Source: Nitrospirota bacterium
GTDB taxonomy: Bacteria; UBA2233
Assembly (NCBI GenBank): GCA_011620345.1
Contig: WOZJ01000057.1
Span: 1 to 64,000, forward strand
Reading direction: 5' to 3'
DNA: 64,000 bases
The notes under the pieces were generated by a model that saw only the letters and a list, made by a program, of their open reading frames with translations, was not told the origin of the DNA and ran no database searches. The position numbers were made by a program, and so were the translations under genes. Positions 48,202 to 58,219 of this stretch are shown here, one piece after another (the stretch's first letter is position 1; every line of letters starts with the position of its first letter).

Positions 48202-49436
48202 ACCTTCGTTTTCAAGGAAAGCGCCTGACACTCGGCATCACCGGTGGGATTGCCGCCTACAAGGTGCCCGAGCTTGTCCGGATGCTGACCAAAGAGGGGA
48301 TCGGAGTGTTTCCTGTGGCTACCGTTCGGGCGCTGGAGTTCGTCACCCCGCTCGTTTTGGAGACGCTCTCGGGCAACCCCGTCTTGTGCTCGCAAAAGCT
48401 TGAGCACGCCCAGATCGGGCATATCGAGCGCGCTCAGAGCGTGGACGGTATCTTGGTAGCACCGGCCACGGCCAACACGCTCGCCAAGATGGCCCAGGGC
48501 ATTGCCGACAACGTCCTGCTCGATGTCCTTCTTGCCTCAGACCCCAGAAGGGTGATCGTCTGCCCTGCCATGAATACCGCGATGTGGGAACATCCGGCAA
48601 CCCGGCAAAACATCGAGAAGATCAAAGGGTACGGGGTCTACGTTGTAGGCCCGGACGTAGGAGAATTGGCTTGCAAGACCAACGGGGCAGGAAGGCTCGC
48701 CCCGTTGGACGAGATCCTCTATGCCGTGGAGCGCTTGCTTGCGCCAAAAGGCCTTGAGGGCCGGCGCGTGGTCGTGACGGCAGGGCCGACGAGGGAGCAC
48801 GTAGACGCCGTCCGGTTTCTATCCAACCCCTCTAGCGGCAGGATGGGGATCGCGCTGGCCAAGGAATGCTGGTACAGGGGAGCGGATGTCACGCTCGTGT
48901 TGGGCCCCTCCGATCATCCCGTTCCAAAGGAAATCCGGCTTGAGCGGGTAACCTCCGCCCTGGAGATGCTCGAGGCGCTCCAAGGGCTGCTTTCCGAGGC
49001 TACGATTCTCATCATGAACGCGGCCGTCGCCGATTTTAGGCCGTCTAGGGTGGTTCCGTACAAATTCAGGAAGGCGGATATCCCTTTGACGCTGCTTTTA
49101 GAGCCAAACCCAGACATCCTCAAGACGTTGGCGGCCTCGAAGCTTCCGAACCAGCTCTTTGTGGGTTTCGCCGCGGAAACCGACGGAGAAAGAGCTATGG
49201 CAACCGCCAAGCGCAAACTGGAAGAAAAAAGCCTAGATATGATCGTTGCCAACGATGTTTCGAAGAAAACCGCCGGTTTTGGCTCGGCCTTTAATGCCGG
49301 AGTAATTCTTCTGAAAACGGGCGAGCAGAAGGTACTGGGCCACATGTCAAAAGAAGCGATGGCAGCCCGGATCGTGGATGAAATCGTCCATTTAGCGGCC
49401 CAAACCTCTCCTTCCTCTCTTCAAGTAGGGCAATAA
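48198..49436 (+). CDS. coaBC: Bifunctional CoaBC
   Basis: TGGIAAYK, PAMNTAM, TAGPTRE, NPSSGRMG, GFAAET. Confidence 0.96.
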   Translation: MNLRFQGKRLTLGITGGIAAYKVPELVRMLTKEGIGVFPVATVRALEFVTPLVLETLSGNPVLCSQKLEHAQIGHIERAQSVDGILVAPATANTLAKMAQGIADNVLLDVLLASDPRRVIVCPAMNTAMWEHPATRQNIEKIKGYGVYVVGPDVGELACKTNGAGRLAPLDEILYAVERLLAPKGLEGRRVVVTAGPTREHVDAVRFLSNPSSGRMGIALAKECWYRGADVTLVLGPSDHPVPKEIRLERVTSALEMLEALQGLLSEATILIMNAAVADFRPSRVVPYKFRKADIPLTLLLEPNPDILKTLAASKLPNQLFVGFAAETDGERAMATAKRKLEEKSLDMIVANDVSKKTAGFGSAFNAGVILLKTGEQKVLGHMSKEAMAARIVDEIVHLAAQTSPSSLQVGQ

Positions 49437-50373
49437 AAGGCCGGTTGTTTGCCTTGATTAGCTCGTAAACCTCTTGCTTTAAGGTTAGCTTCAAGCCTGG
49501 AGAGGCGATAGGGGAATCGTGGGCAATTTGACGCCGGAAGAACCGAACCAGCTTTAGATTCTCGACCCCTGTAGGGTCCAGGAGGAACAAGGGGGAAGAG
49601 GCCGGGTCGCTCAGCATGCCACGAACCAGGATGTAGGAAGCTTCGAGCACCTCTTTGAGTTCCTCTTCCGTAAAGAAAGCGGGATGACGCCCGGACAGTC
49701 GCTGCAAGCGCGCATCCAGCTTTCCTGCTTGCCTGAGGGCCAAAAGGCGGCGGAAGAAAAACTTGTTCGTGCGGAACGAGAAGACGACCGGTGTAACCGT
49801 TTCTGTAAGCAAAAGGTCTAGGTCTTTGTCTTTGAGCGTCTCGTGCAGGCTTTCCAGTAGATAAGAGAGATTCGAGAATCGACTGTCCAGCATGAACTCG
49901 GCCAGAATGTGCCTGCTTAGGTAGCGTGGCGTTCCGAAGAGGATTTTTTTTGGCAAAAACAGGTTATGGGCATAGGTATCGTGCGCTAGATGGCTAAGGT
50001 ACCCAAGCGCGAACGCCCGCTCTTTGGAGGAGGACGACTTGGCGAGCATTTCTTTCCCGACGCGCCAGTTATGGCAGTGTGAGTGAAAGTCGGCAAGGTT
50101 CCTGGCGATCGTGATGTCCGGCCCCAAAAGGCCGTATAGGTACGCAAGCGGCCAGGAGCCCAAGGCCTGCCCTATCCAGGCCGGAAATACTCCCTGCAAG
50201 GCGTCTTGCAGTATTGGAAGTCCGGCAGCAAGATGGGTCAGCGGGCCGAAGGCAAAGGCTTTAGACGGCATGGCAAGCACGAGCGCCACCACCAAGCCTA
50301 CCAAAACGGGGAAGGCGTGAAATTCCCAACGCTTTAAGATTGCTGTATGATGGGTATAGATTACAGGTAGCAT
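49291..50373 (-). CDS. Zinc-dependent phospholipase C family protein (start uncertain)
   Basis: Signal peptide AFA|FGPLTH, GPD, HCHNW, GYLSHLAHD..AHN, H...E. Confidence 0.75.
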   Translation of the reverse strand: MLPVIYTHHTAILKRWEFHAFPVLVGLVVALVLAMPSKAFAFGPLTHLAAGLPILQDALQGVFPAWIGQALGSWPLAYLYGLLGPDITIARNLADFHSHCHNWRVGKEMLAKSSSSKERAFALGYLSHLAHDTYAHNLFLPKKILFGTPRYLSRHILAEFMLDSRFSNLSYLLESLHETLKDKDLDLLLTETVTPVVFSFRTNKFFFRRLLALRQAGKLDARLQRLSGRHPAFFTEEELKEVLEASYILVRGMLSDPASSPLFLLDPTGVENLKLVRFFRRQIAHDSPIASPGLKLTLKQEVYELIKANNRPFIALLEERKERFGPLNGRFHPRSGLPSLLLTCGPVPSARPFSEELLRH

Positions 50374-50479
50374 AATTTTCATGATAAAACATTCAGAGTT
50401 CGCTTTGCAACTCAAGGCCGCGGCCAACGCGCTGAACAAGCGCTACGATAGACTTTTTGTGTGGGCTAGGATGCATAGG

Positions 50480-51076
50480 ATGGAAAACGCGAAGACTCAA
50501 AAAGAACAAAAAAGCCTAGCCCTGGAAGATTTGAGGGCCAACGAGCTTGGCGCTTGTACCCGCTGCGATTTGTGCAGGGCTCGCAGCCATATCGTGTTCG
50601 GAGAGGGGAACCCGAATGCCGACCTAATGCTGATCGGAGAAGCGCCGGGTAAGGATGAAGACAGGCAAGGAAGGCCATTCGTTGGCAGGGCGGGACAGCT
50701 TTTGGCAAGGCTTCTTGAGGAGGCCGGGTTTACCCGCGAGCAGGTATACATTGCAAACGTGATCAAGTGCCGTCCGCCGGAGAACCGCACTCCCGAGCCC
50801 GAGGAGGTCTCGACGTGCAAGCCGTTTTTGTTGCAGCAGGTTCGAATTATTGACCCGAAAGTCCTCGTGCTGTTAGGATCCGTCGCGACCAAGGCATTTT
50901 TCGGGTTCGAAAAGACCATTTCAAGAATGCGCGGCCAAGAGCTTGCGCATGAAGGGCGCGTCACGATCCCAACCTACCATCCCGCGTTTGCGCTCCGAAA
51001 CCCTCCTAGCGTGGAAACGGTCCGTCACGACATCTTTTTAGCATGCGAATTCCTAAAGAAGGAACTGAACGCATGA
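50480..51076 (+). CDS. Uracil-DNA glycosylase family 4
   Basis: CTRC, GEAPG, KCRPP, YHPA. Confidence 0.92.
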   Translation: MENAKTQKEQKSLALEDLRANELGACTRCDLCRARSHIVFGEGNPNADLMLIGEAPGKDEDRQGRPFVGRAGQLLARLLEEAGFTREQVYIANVIKCRPPENRTPEPEEVSTCKPFLLQQVRIIDPKVLVLLGSVATKAFFGFEKTISRMRGQELAHEGRVTIPTYHPAFALRNPPSVETVRHDIFLACEFLKKELNA

Positions 51077-52392
51077 GAAGGCGAGGGCATTCCCTGGCCT
51101 TTGTGTTGTTTTTTGGGTTTTTCCTGTTGGCCTCGGGTCCTCTTTTTGGAGAAACGCTCATCCTTAAGGCCAAGCTCGAGGGCGTGGTTAACCCCGTCAT
51201 GGCCGAATACATCCTAGATAGCCTCGAAGAGGCCGAAAAGCAGGGTGCGGAACTCCTTTTGATCGAGATGGATACCCCAGGAGGGCTAGATAGCTCGATG
51301 CGCAGGATTATCCGTGGCATCGAAGACTCAGACCTCCCTGTAGCCGTGTATGTCGCCCCCCCAGGGGCGAGGGCCGCCTCGGCAGGGTGCATCATCGCGA
51401 TTGCCTCCCATGTTCTTGCGATGGCTCCCAGCACAAATTTGGGGGCGGCGCATCCCGTTTCGCTAGGCCAGGAATTGAAAGAAGACGATCCCATGACAAA
51501 AAAGGTCGTCAACGACATGGTCGCCTACGCGACGGGGCTGGCCAAAAGGCACAACCGGAATGCCGAGTGGGTAGAAAAGGCAATCAGGCAGGCCGCTTCG
51601 ATCGACGCCGAAACCGCACTAAGGCTGAACGTGTGCGATCTAATGGCGGAAAACGCCAAAGAGCTGATCGAAAAGCTTGATGGCCGCTCCGTAGAGGTCA
51701 AGGGAAAAGCTAGAACGCTAAAGACCCTCGGTTCAAGCGTTCAGGACTTTGAGATGAGCCTAAGGCAACGTTTCTTGCTTGTCTTAAGCAACCCCAACGT
51801 CGCCTACATCCTGCTCATGTTCGGGGTTTACGGCATATTGTTCGAGCTAGCCTCGCCCGGCGCCGTCTTTCCCGGGGTGGTTGGCGTCATATGCCTGGTG
51901 TTAGGGTTTTTCGGCCTCGAGATGTTGCCCATCAGCTACGCCGGCCTAGCGCTCATCGGCCTTGGAGTCTTGCTCATGCTGCTCGAGGTCAAGGTAACGA
52001 GTTACGGGTTGTTAAGCATAGGAGGGGTTGGTTCGATGCTCCTTGGTTCGCTCATGCTGTTCAAGAGCGAGGCCGAGTACTTGCGCGTCTCGCTCAGCGT
52101 CCTTCTGCCCGTAATCTTCACGACCGCGGTATTCGTGGCCTTCGTCGTCTGGCTTGTTGCTCGCGCGCACATAAAAAAGCCCGTTACGGGGGCGCAAGGG
52201 ATCGTCGGGATGAAAGGCAAGGTGATCCTCCCCCTAGGTTCGGACAACCAAGGCCGGGTGCTCGTGCACGGCGAGATCTGGTCGACGAAGAGCGACATCG
52301 GCGACCTCAAGCCGGGCGAAGAGGTGGTCGTTACCGGCATCGAAGGGCTTTTGCTCGAGGTAAAACCTCTCCAAGAGAAAAACGAACCCTAA
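51073..52392 (+). CDS. nfeD: NfeD long form (ClpP-like protease + TM + OB)
   Basis: DTPGG, AASAG, GAAHP, VHGEIW. Confidence 0.9.
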   Translation: MRRRGHSLAFVLFFGFFLLASGPLFGETLILKAKLEGVVNPVMAEYILDSLEEAEKQGAELLLIEMDTPGGLDSSMRRIIRGIEDSDLPVAVYVAPPGARAASAGCIIAIASHVLAMAPSTNLGAAHPVSLGQELKEDDPMTKKVVNDMVAYATGLAKRHNRNAEWVEKAIRQAASIDAETALRLNVCDLMAENAKELIEKLDGRSVEVKGKARTLKTLGSSVQDFEMSLRQRFLLVLSNPNVAYILLMFGVYGILFELASPGAVFPGVVGVICLVLGFFGLEMLPISYAGLALIGLGVLLMLLEVKVTSYGLLSIGGVGSMLLGSLMLFKSEAEYLRVSLSVLLPVIFTTAVFVAFVVWLVARAHIKKPVTGAQGIVGMKGKVILPLGSDNQGRVLVHGEIWSTKSDIGDLKPGEEVVVTGIEGLLLEVKPLQEKNEP

Positions 52393-52403
52393 GGAGTCCA
52401 GCC

Positions 52404-53177
52404 ATGTACCAGCCGTTACTTGTGCCTGCTTTGATCGTTGCGGCGCTGGTCGTGTTCTTCTTAATGAACGCGATCCGGATTTTGGCCGAGTACGAAAGGG
52501 GCGTAATTTTTAGGCTCGGGCGTTACGTAGCCACCAAAGGGCCTGGGTTGATCCTGCTGATCCCCGTTGTAGACCGGATGGTCCGCGTAGACCTGCGCGT
52601 CTTGACGATGGACGTCCCCTCTCAGGATGTCATTACCAAGGACAACGTCACCGTAAAGGTCAACGCAGTCATCTACTTCCGGGTCATGATCCCTGAAAAG
52701 GCGATCATCGAGGTGGAGAATTATCTTTACGCCACCAGCCAGCTTGCCCAGACAACGCTACGGAGCGTTTGCGGTGAGGCCGAGTTAGACGAACTCTTGG
52801 GTAAAAGAGAGAAGCTCAACATCCGTATCCAGGAGATATTGGATGCGCACACCGACCCTTGGGGCATCAAGGTGAGCAACGTCGAGATTAAGTACATCGA
52901 CCTTCCCCAAGAGATGCAGCGCATGATGGCAAGGCAGGCCGAGGCTGAGCGCGAAAAGCGGGCCAAGGTCATCCATGCCGAGGGCGAATACCTGGCCGCC
53001 GAGCGCCTGACAGGAGCGGCGAAGATCATCGCCACGACCCCGTCTGCGCTCCAGCTGCGTTTTCTTCAAACGGTCACGGAGGTCGCTTCGGAAAAGACCT
53101 CCGTCATTGTCCTTCCTATCCCCCTTGAGCTGTTTCGGGGGTTTATGACGCAGGGAAATGGAGAAACTTCGGCTTAG
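52404..53177 (+). CDS. SPFH/stomatin-like (slipin) protein
   Basis: [42 protein letters not shown]. Confidence 0.93.
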   Translation: MYQPLLVPALIVAALVVFFLMNAIRILAEYERGVIFRLGRYVATKGPGLILLIPVVDRMVRVDLRVLTMDVPSQDVITKDNVTVKVNAVIYFRVMIPEKAIIEVENYLYATSQLAQTTLRSVCGEAELDELLGKREKLNIRIQEILDAHTDPWGIKVSNVEIKYIDLPQEMQRMMARQAEAEREKRAKVIHAEGEYLAAERLTGAAKIIATTPSALQLRFLQTVTEVASEKTSVIVLPIPLELFRGFMTQGNGETSA

Positions 53178-54237
53178 CTCGCTCGAATTCGGGCTGCCCG
53201 AAGAGCTGATCGCGCTGGAGCCCGCGAACCCAAGGGATGCGTGCAGGCTCTTGGTGCTAGAGCGTGCATCGGGACGTCTTCATCATGCGACGTTCCGGGA
53301 CATCGAGCATTTTCTTCGGCCTACGGACGTGCTGGTCGTGAACGCCTCCATGGTGACCCCCTGTCGATTCTGGGCAAGCGCAAAAACAGGCAAGACGTTC
53401 GAAATTCTTGTTTTGGAGGAGGCCGGTCCGTCGTTCTTGGTCAGGGCGCTGCTCAACCCGGCCCGTAAGGTCAAGCTAGGCGAGCCTTTGAAGCTTGACT
53501 CCAACGTAGGGTTTACCCCGAAGGCCTCGCTTGGCGGTGGGATGTTCGAGGGCATATTCGAGGGTGCCTTAGGGCTTCTGGACTGGCGTAGCGTCGCGCA
53601 AGGCTTTGGAGTCGTGCCACTGCCGCCATACATCGCCCGCAGGCTGGAGAAAGAAAGGCTCTCAAAAACAGAGGTATGGCTTAAGGCCTACAACCCCGTG
53701 TACGCACAAACCCCTGGGTCCATAGCCGCGCCTACGGCCGGTCTTCACTTCACACCCGAGCTCCTTGAGGCGCTTTCAAAAAAAGGCGTGGAGGTGTGCA
53801 AAATCGTTCTTAATGTAGGGCTTGGCACGTTCAAGCCGTTAAAACAGGAGTGGGTCGAGGAAAACCGACTTGAGCCCGAGGCGTTCCGCGTCGAAGGGGC
53901 CACGCTGAAAGCCCTTGCCCAAGCCAAGCGCCAAGGCCGCAGGGTCGTTGCCGTGGGAACGACGGTCGTAAGGACGCTCGAGTCGGTCGCCGCCTTCTTG
54001 TTTGACGAGGATTTCCAAGAAAGGGGGGCGAGCGGTTATACCGACAGGTTTCTCAGGCCTGGTTACCGCTTTCAAGCGGTGGATGCGCTTATCACCAACT
54101 TTCATCTCCCGAAATCAAGCCTCTTGGCGCTTGTTGGAGCCTTCGGCGGGCTTGAGCGCATCCTCGATGCCTACAAGGAGGCCATCTTCAAGGGGTACCG
54201 CTTCTACAGCTTCGGCGATGCCATGCTGGTTGTGTAG
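53158..54237 (+). CDS. queA: tRNA preQ1 SAM ribosyltransferase-isomerase
   Basis: [35 protein letters not shown]. Confidence 0.95.
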   Translation: MEKLRLSSLEFGLPEELIALEPANPRDACRLLVLERASGRLHHATFRDIEHFLRPTDVLVVNASMVTPCRFWASAKTGKTFEILVLEEAGPSFLVRALLNPARKVKLGEPLKLDSNVGFTPKASLGGGMFEGIFEGALGLLDWRSVAQGFGVVPLPPYIARRLEKERLSKTEVWLKAYNPVYAQTPGSIAAPTAGLHFTPELLEALSKKGVEVCKIVLNVGLGTFKPLKQEWVEENRLEPEAFRVEGATLKALAQAKRQGRRVVAVGTTVVRTLESVAAFLFDEDFQERGASGYTDRFLRPGYRFQAVDALITNFHLPKSSLLALVGAFGGLERILDAYKEAIFKGYRFYSFGDAMLVV

Positions 54238-54239
54238 GG

Positions 54240-55373
54240 ATGAACGGCGCTCTTTCGTTTCGTATCGTCGCCAACGATCATGGCACGCAAGCTCGGCTAG
54301 GCGTTTTGATGGGGCGCTTCGGGGCGGTCGCCACGCCTGCGTTCATGCCCGTCGGTACCCACGGGGCGGTGCGGGCGCTCCTGGCAGAGGACCTCGAAAA
54401 GCTTGGCTTTGGGATGATTCTGGCCAACGCCTTGCATGTGTACCTAAGGCCTGGCGTGGAGCTAGTTGAGCGCTTCGGCGGGCTCAAGCGCTTTATGGGC
54501 TATCAAGGGGGAATTTTGACCGACTCGGGCGGATACCAGGTGTTTTCTTTGAGCCCATTCGTGAAGGTTTTCGACGACGGCGTGCTTTTCCGGTCTCCGC
54601 TGGACGGGGCGATGCATCGGCTTTCCCCAAAAGACGTCGTTGTAATCCAAGAAAAGATTGGAAGTGATATCCACATGCCGCTCGATCAGCCTGTCGGCTA
54701 TCCGGCCTCCGAGGCTCAAACAAAGGCGGCATTAGGCCGCACGCTGGACTGGCTCAAGGCCTCACTTAAGGCCAAGAACCCGGAACGGGGGGCGTTGTTC
54801 GGTATTGTCCAGGGGGGCGTCTTCCCGGAACTCAGGGTTCGGGCTTCCATAGAGGCCAGCGAACTTCCTGTTGCCGGGTTTGCTCTCGGCGGATTTTCTC
54901 TTGGAGAGCCGAAGAACTTAATGTGGGAGCTCGCCTCGCGAACGATCGAAAGCTTGGATCCGGCCAGGCCCCGCTACCTTATGGGCGTTGGGACCCCCGC
55001 CGACCTGCTCGAAGGGGTGCGGCTTGGGGTGGACATGTTCGATTGTATCCTTCCTACCAGGCTGGCGAGGCACGGGCAACTCTACACCTCCAAGGGTTCC
55101 GTTCGCTTAAAGAACGCCCTCTCTCGAAGCAATGAAGAGCCGATAGACCCCTTATGCGATTGCTACGCATGCAAGACGTTTTCGCTCGGATACCTTGCTC
55201 ATCTGTACCGCATCGGGGACCCATCGGTCCTTCGGCTTAACACGCTACACAATTTGCGCTACTATGGTAAACTCCTTGAGGAAGCGAGACATGCGATCGG
55301 CTCAGGGAGGTATGACCAGTGGGTTGCAGCGAAACTTTCGCGGTTGAGTTCTGAAAGGGAGGGAAATGGCTAG
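54240..55373 (+). CDS. tgt: tRNA-guanine transglycosylase
   Basis: TPAFMPVGT, TDSGG, GIVQGG, PRYLMGVG, DMFDC, CDCYAC. Confidence 0.95.
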   Translation: MNGALSFRIVANDHGTQARLGVLMGRFGAVATPAFMPVGTHGAVRALLAEDLEKLGFGMILANALHVYLRPGVELVERFGGLKRFMGYQGGILTDSGGYQVFSLSPFVKVFDDGVLFRSPLDGAMHRLSPKDVVVIQEKIGSDIHMPLDQPVGYPASEAQTKAALGRTLDWLKASLKAKNPERGALFGIVQGGVFPELRVRASIEASELPVAGFALGGFSLGEPKNLMWELASRTIESLDPARPRYLMGVGTPADLLEGVRLGVDMFDCILPTRLARHGQLYTSKGSVRLKNALSRSNEEPIDPLCDCYACKTFSLGYLAHLYRIGDPSVLRLNTLHNLRYYGKLLEEARHAIGSGRYDQWVAAKLSRLSSEREGNG

Positions 55374-55707
55374 CATTGCGTTTGCCCAGCAAGGCGGGGT
55401 ACCTGCGGGAATCGGGAGTCTTTTAGGGCCGTTGGTGCCGATTCTTTTATTGTTCCTCATCTTCTACGTGCTGCTTATTCGCCCCCAGCAAAAAAAGGTG
55501 CGCGAGCTTCAGGTGATGCTCCAGGGCCTAAAACGGGACGACGTTGTCCTGACGAGTGGGGGCTTGCTAGGCAAAATCATCGGCCTTACGGATCAGTATG
55601 TCACGCTAGAAATCGCCGAGAAGGTTCGGGTGAAGGTGGCAAGAAACGCGATTGCCCGCGTTGTTGAGGAGCCATTCAAAGGGCTCCAGGGCCCGAGCCC
55701 CTCTTAG
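55366..55707 (+). CDS. yajC: Translocase subunit YajC
   Basis: FYVLLIRPQQKK, VLTSGG. Confidence 0.95.
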   Translation: MASIAFAQQGGVPAGIGSLLGPLVPILLLFLIFYVLLIRPQQKKVRELQVMLQGLKRDDVVLTSGGLLGKIIGLTDQYVTLEIAEKVRVKVARNAIARVVEEPFKGLQGPSPS

Positions 55708-55722
55708 GGGGCACAAAAGACC

Positions 55723-57273
55723 ATGGGTCTTCGGACAAAGGCCGGCATCGCCGTCGCTGTGCTTACGATAGGGATTCTTTTGCTTTTGCCCACGCTCCTT
55801 TCTCCCTGGGTCAAAAATTGGCCCGAACCCATCCAAAGGCGCATGCTCAAGCTTGGCCTTGACCTCAAAGGAGGCATCCACCTTGTGTTTGAAATTGACA
55901 AGGCCAAGCATGAAGAGACGCTTGCATACCGGCTTCTTGCCCAGCTAAAGTCTGCCGTCCGTGAGGGTGGGCACGACTTTTTGGATGCCCAAGTCCACGA
56001 AGGCACGATTCGCATGACCCTGCTGGATGATCAGACGGCAAACGATGTGACAGCCAAGCTTCTTGGCCAGTTTCCAGAGCTTCGGCTGCTGGAAACCCGC
56101 CGTAACGAGCTTGTCTTGAAAATGAACGACGCCTACGTGGAGCGGATGCTCAAAGAGGCGTCCGGAAGGGCGGTGGAGATCATTCGGAACCGGGTGGACC
56201 AGTTTGGCGTGGCCGAGCCCGACGTGCGCCAAGAGGCCAGCGGACGCATCCTGGTGCAGCTCCCTGGGCTAGAGGACCCGAGCAGGGCAATCGCTCTGAT
56301 CGGAAGAACGGCTCTTCTCGAGTTTCGGCTTGCCGCAGACGAAGTCTCTCCGGAAGAGGCCCAGAGCCTTCCAGAGTATCAGGTGATGTACGAGGTTCGC
56401 GATGGGGAGCGGGTGCCCTACGTCCTTGAGCGCCAGCCCCTGCTTACGGGCGATATGCTCAAAGACGCGACTGTAGGGTTTGACCAAACGGGTGTGCCCG
56501 TGGTCAACATTGCCTTCAACGCCCAAGGCGCCCGCATTTTTGCCGAAGTAACGGCGGCCAACGTAGAAAAAAGGCTTGCCATCGTGCTCGACAACGCCAT
56601 CTATTCCGCCCCTGTGATCCGCGAACCGATTCGTGGGGGAAGGGCGCAAATCTCCGGCAGCTTTACTACAAAAGATGCGCACGATTTGGCGATTGTGCTC
56701 AGGGCGGGCGCGTTGCCAGCGCCCGTGAAGCTTATCGAACAGACGTCCGTAGGCCCGTCCTTGGGCAAAGAGGCGATCCTTCGGGGCGCTCTCTCGCTCG
56801 CCGTAGGGTTCTTCCTAGTGGTCGCCTTCATGGCGGGCTACTACAGAAGATCAGGCCTGATCGCCGACCTTTGCGTGCTCTCCAACATCGTGCTCGTGCT
56901 CTCGGCCCTGGCGCTTTTTGGGGCTACGCTCACGTTGCCCGGCATCGCGGGGATTGTGCTCACGGTCGGCATGGCCGTAGACGCCAACGTGCTTATCATC
57001 GAGCGTATCCGAGAAGAACTCCGGGGCGGCCTGCCTCTGGCCAAGAGCATCGAAGAGGGGTTCCGAAGGGCCTTTTTGACGATTATCGATACGCACGTCA
57101 CAACGCTCGTCTCGGCCGTTATTCTCTATTTCATGGGAACGGGCCCAATCAAGGGGTTTGCCGTAACGCTCTTCATCGGGTTGGCCGCGAGCCTCTTTAC
57201 GGCCGTATTCATGGCAAAGCTTATAATGGATAGCCTCTTGGCGCGCAGAAAAGACGCCTGGCTCTCGTTTTAG
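55723..57273 (+). CDS. secD: Translocase subunit SecD
   Basis: LGLDLKGG, RVDQFGVAEP, GMAVDANV. Confidence 0.96.
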   Translation: MGLRTKAGIAVAVLTIGILLLLPTLLSPWVKNWPEPIQRRMLKLGLDLKGGIHLVFEIDKAKHEETLAYRLLAQLKSAVREGGHDFLDAQVHEGTIRMTLLDDQTANDVTAKLLGQFPELRLLETRRNELVLKMNDAYVERMLKEASGRAVEIIRNRVDQFGVAEPDVRQEASGRILVQLPGLEDPSRAIALIGRTALLEFRLAADEVSPEEAQSLPEYQVMYEVRDGERVPYVLERQPLLTGDMLKDATVGFDQTGVPVVNIAFNAQGARIFAEVTAANVEKRLAIVLDNAIYSAPVIREPIRGGRAQISGSFTTKDAHDLAIVLRAGALPAPVKLIEQTSVGPSLGKEAILRGALSLAVGFFLVVAFMAGYYRRSGLIADLCVLSNIVLVLSALALFGATLTLPGIAGIVLTVGMAVDANVLIIERIREELRGGLPLAKSIEEGFRRAFLTIIDTHVTTLVSAVILYFMGTGPIKGFAVTLFIGLAASLFTAVFMAKLIMDSLLARRKDAWLSF

Positions 57274-57288
57274 GTTTAGGAAAGGGGC

Positions 57289-58212
57289 ATGGAAGCCAAA
57301 CGTTTCTCTTTTAGGCATTTGATCCCTAGCGATACACGAATCGACTTCGTTGGGAGTCGCTTTCTCTGGGTTGCGCTCTCCTTTGCCTTGGTGCTCGCAA
57401 GCATCCTGCTTGTCTTCTTAAGGGGGATTCCGCTGGGAGTCGATTTCCAAGGCGGCACCCTAGTAGAGGTGCGCTTCCAAGGAGAAAAGGTGACCCCTTC
57501 GGCCGTAAGGGGGGTGTTTGCTCCGCTTGCAGGGGGTGACGTGCTGGTCCAGCCGCTTGGCGGGGCCGAAGGCGGCGGCTACCTTGTAAGGACAGGCCCT
57601 AGGGAAGACTTGGAGGGCTTTAACCAACGGCTGCATCAAGAGCTCAACGAGGCATTCGGCAAGAAGGTCGAGGTGTCTAGGGTTGAGATGGTCGGGCCCG
57701 CCATGAGCAAAGAGCTTCGAAGAAAGGGTTACATCGCCGTCTTGCTCACATGGGCGGCCATGCTCGTCTACATTGCCTTTCGGTTCGAGTTTGCCTACGG
57801 GCTTGGGGCCGTCATTGCCCTGATCCATGACACATCCATCTGCCTGGGAGCGATGGTGCTCGGACAAAGAGAATTCTCGCTCGTGACGCTCGCAGCCCTT
57901 TTGACCGTCATCGGCTACAGCGTCAACGATACAATCGTCGTCTGCGACAGGATCCGCGAGAACATTCCCAAGCTCGGCAAAAAGCTATCGCTGCCCGAGC
58001 TTGTGAACCTAAGCATCAACGAAACACTCTCACGAACGATCATTACCGCGTTGACCGTGTTCCTCGTTCTTGTAAGCCTGTTCGTGTTCGGGACCAGTCT
58101 GCTGCGCGACTTTGCGTTTGTGATGCTCGTTGGCGTTATTGTGGGGACCTATTCGAGCATCTACATCGCCACGCCTGTCGTCCTGCTTTTCAAGAGGCCC
58201 TCCAAGGGCTGA
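57289..58212 (+). CDS. secF: Translocase subunit SecF
   Basis: GVDFQGG, GYSVNDTIV, GTYSS. Confidence 0.96.
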   Translation: MEAKRFSFRHLIPSDTRIDFVGSRFLWVALSFALVLASILLVFLRGIPLGVDFQGGTLVEVRFQGEKVTPSAVRGVFAPLAGGDVLVQPLGGAEGGGYLVRTGPREDLEGFNQRLHQELNEAFGKKVEVSRVEMVGPAMSKELRRKGYIAVLLTWAAMLVYIAFRFEFAYGLGAVIALIHDTSICLGAMVLGQREFSLVTLAALLTVIGYSVNDTIVVCDRIRENIPKLGKKLSLPELVNLSINETLSRTIITALTVFLVLVSLFVFGTSLLRDFAFVMLVGVIVGTYSSIYIATPVVLLFKRPSKG

Positions 58213-58219
58213 TTGCGCC

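Noticed and set aside
51891-52403. Apparent N-terminal extension of the SPFH protein
   Set aside because: Overlaps nfeD out of frame; a proper AAGGAG RBS and ATG lie at 52404.
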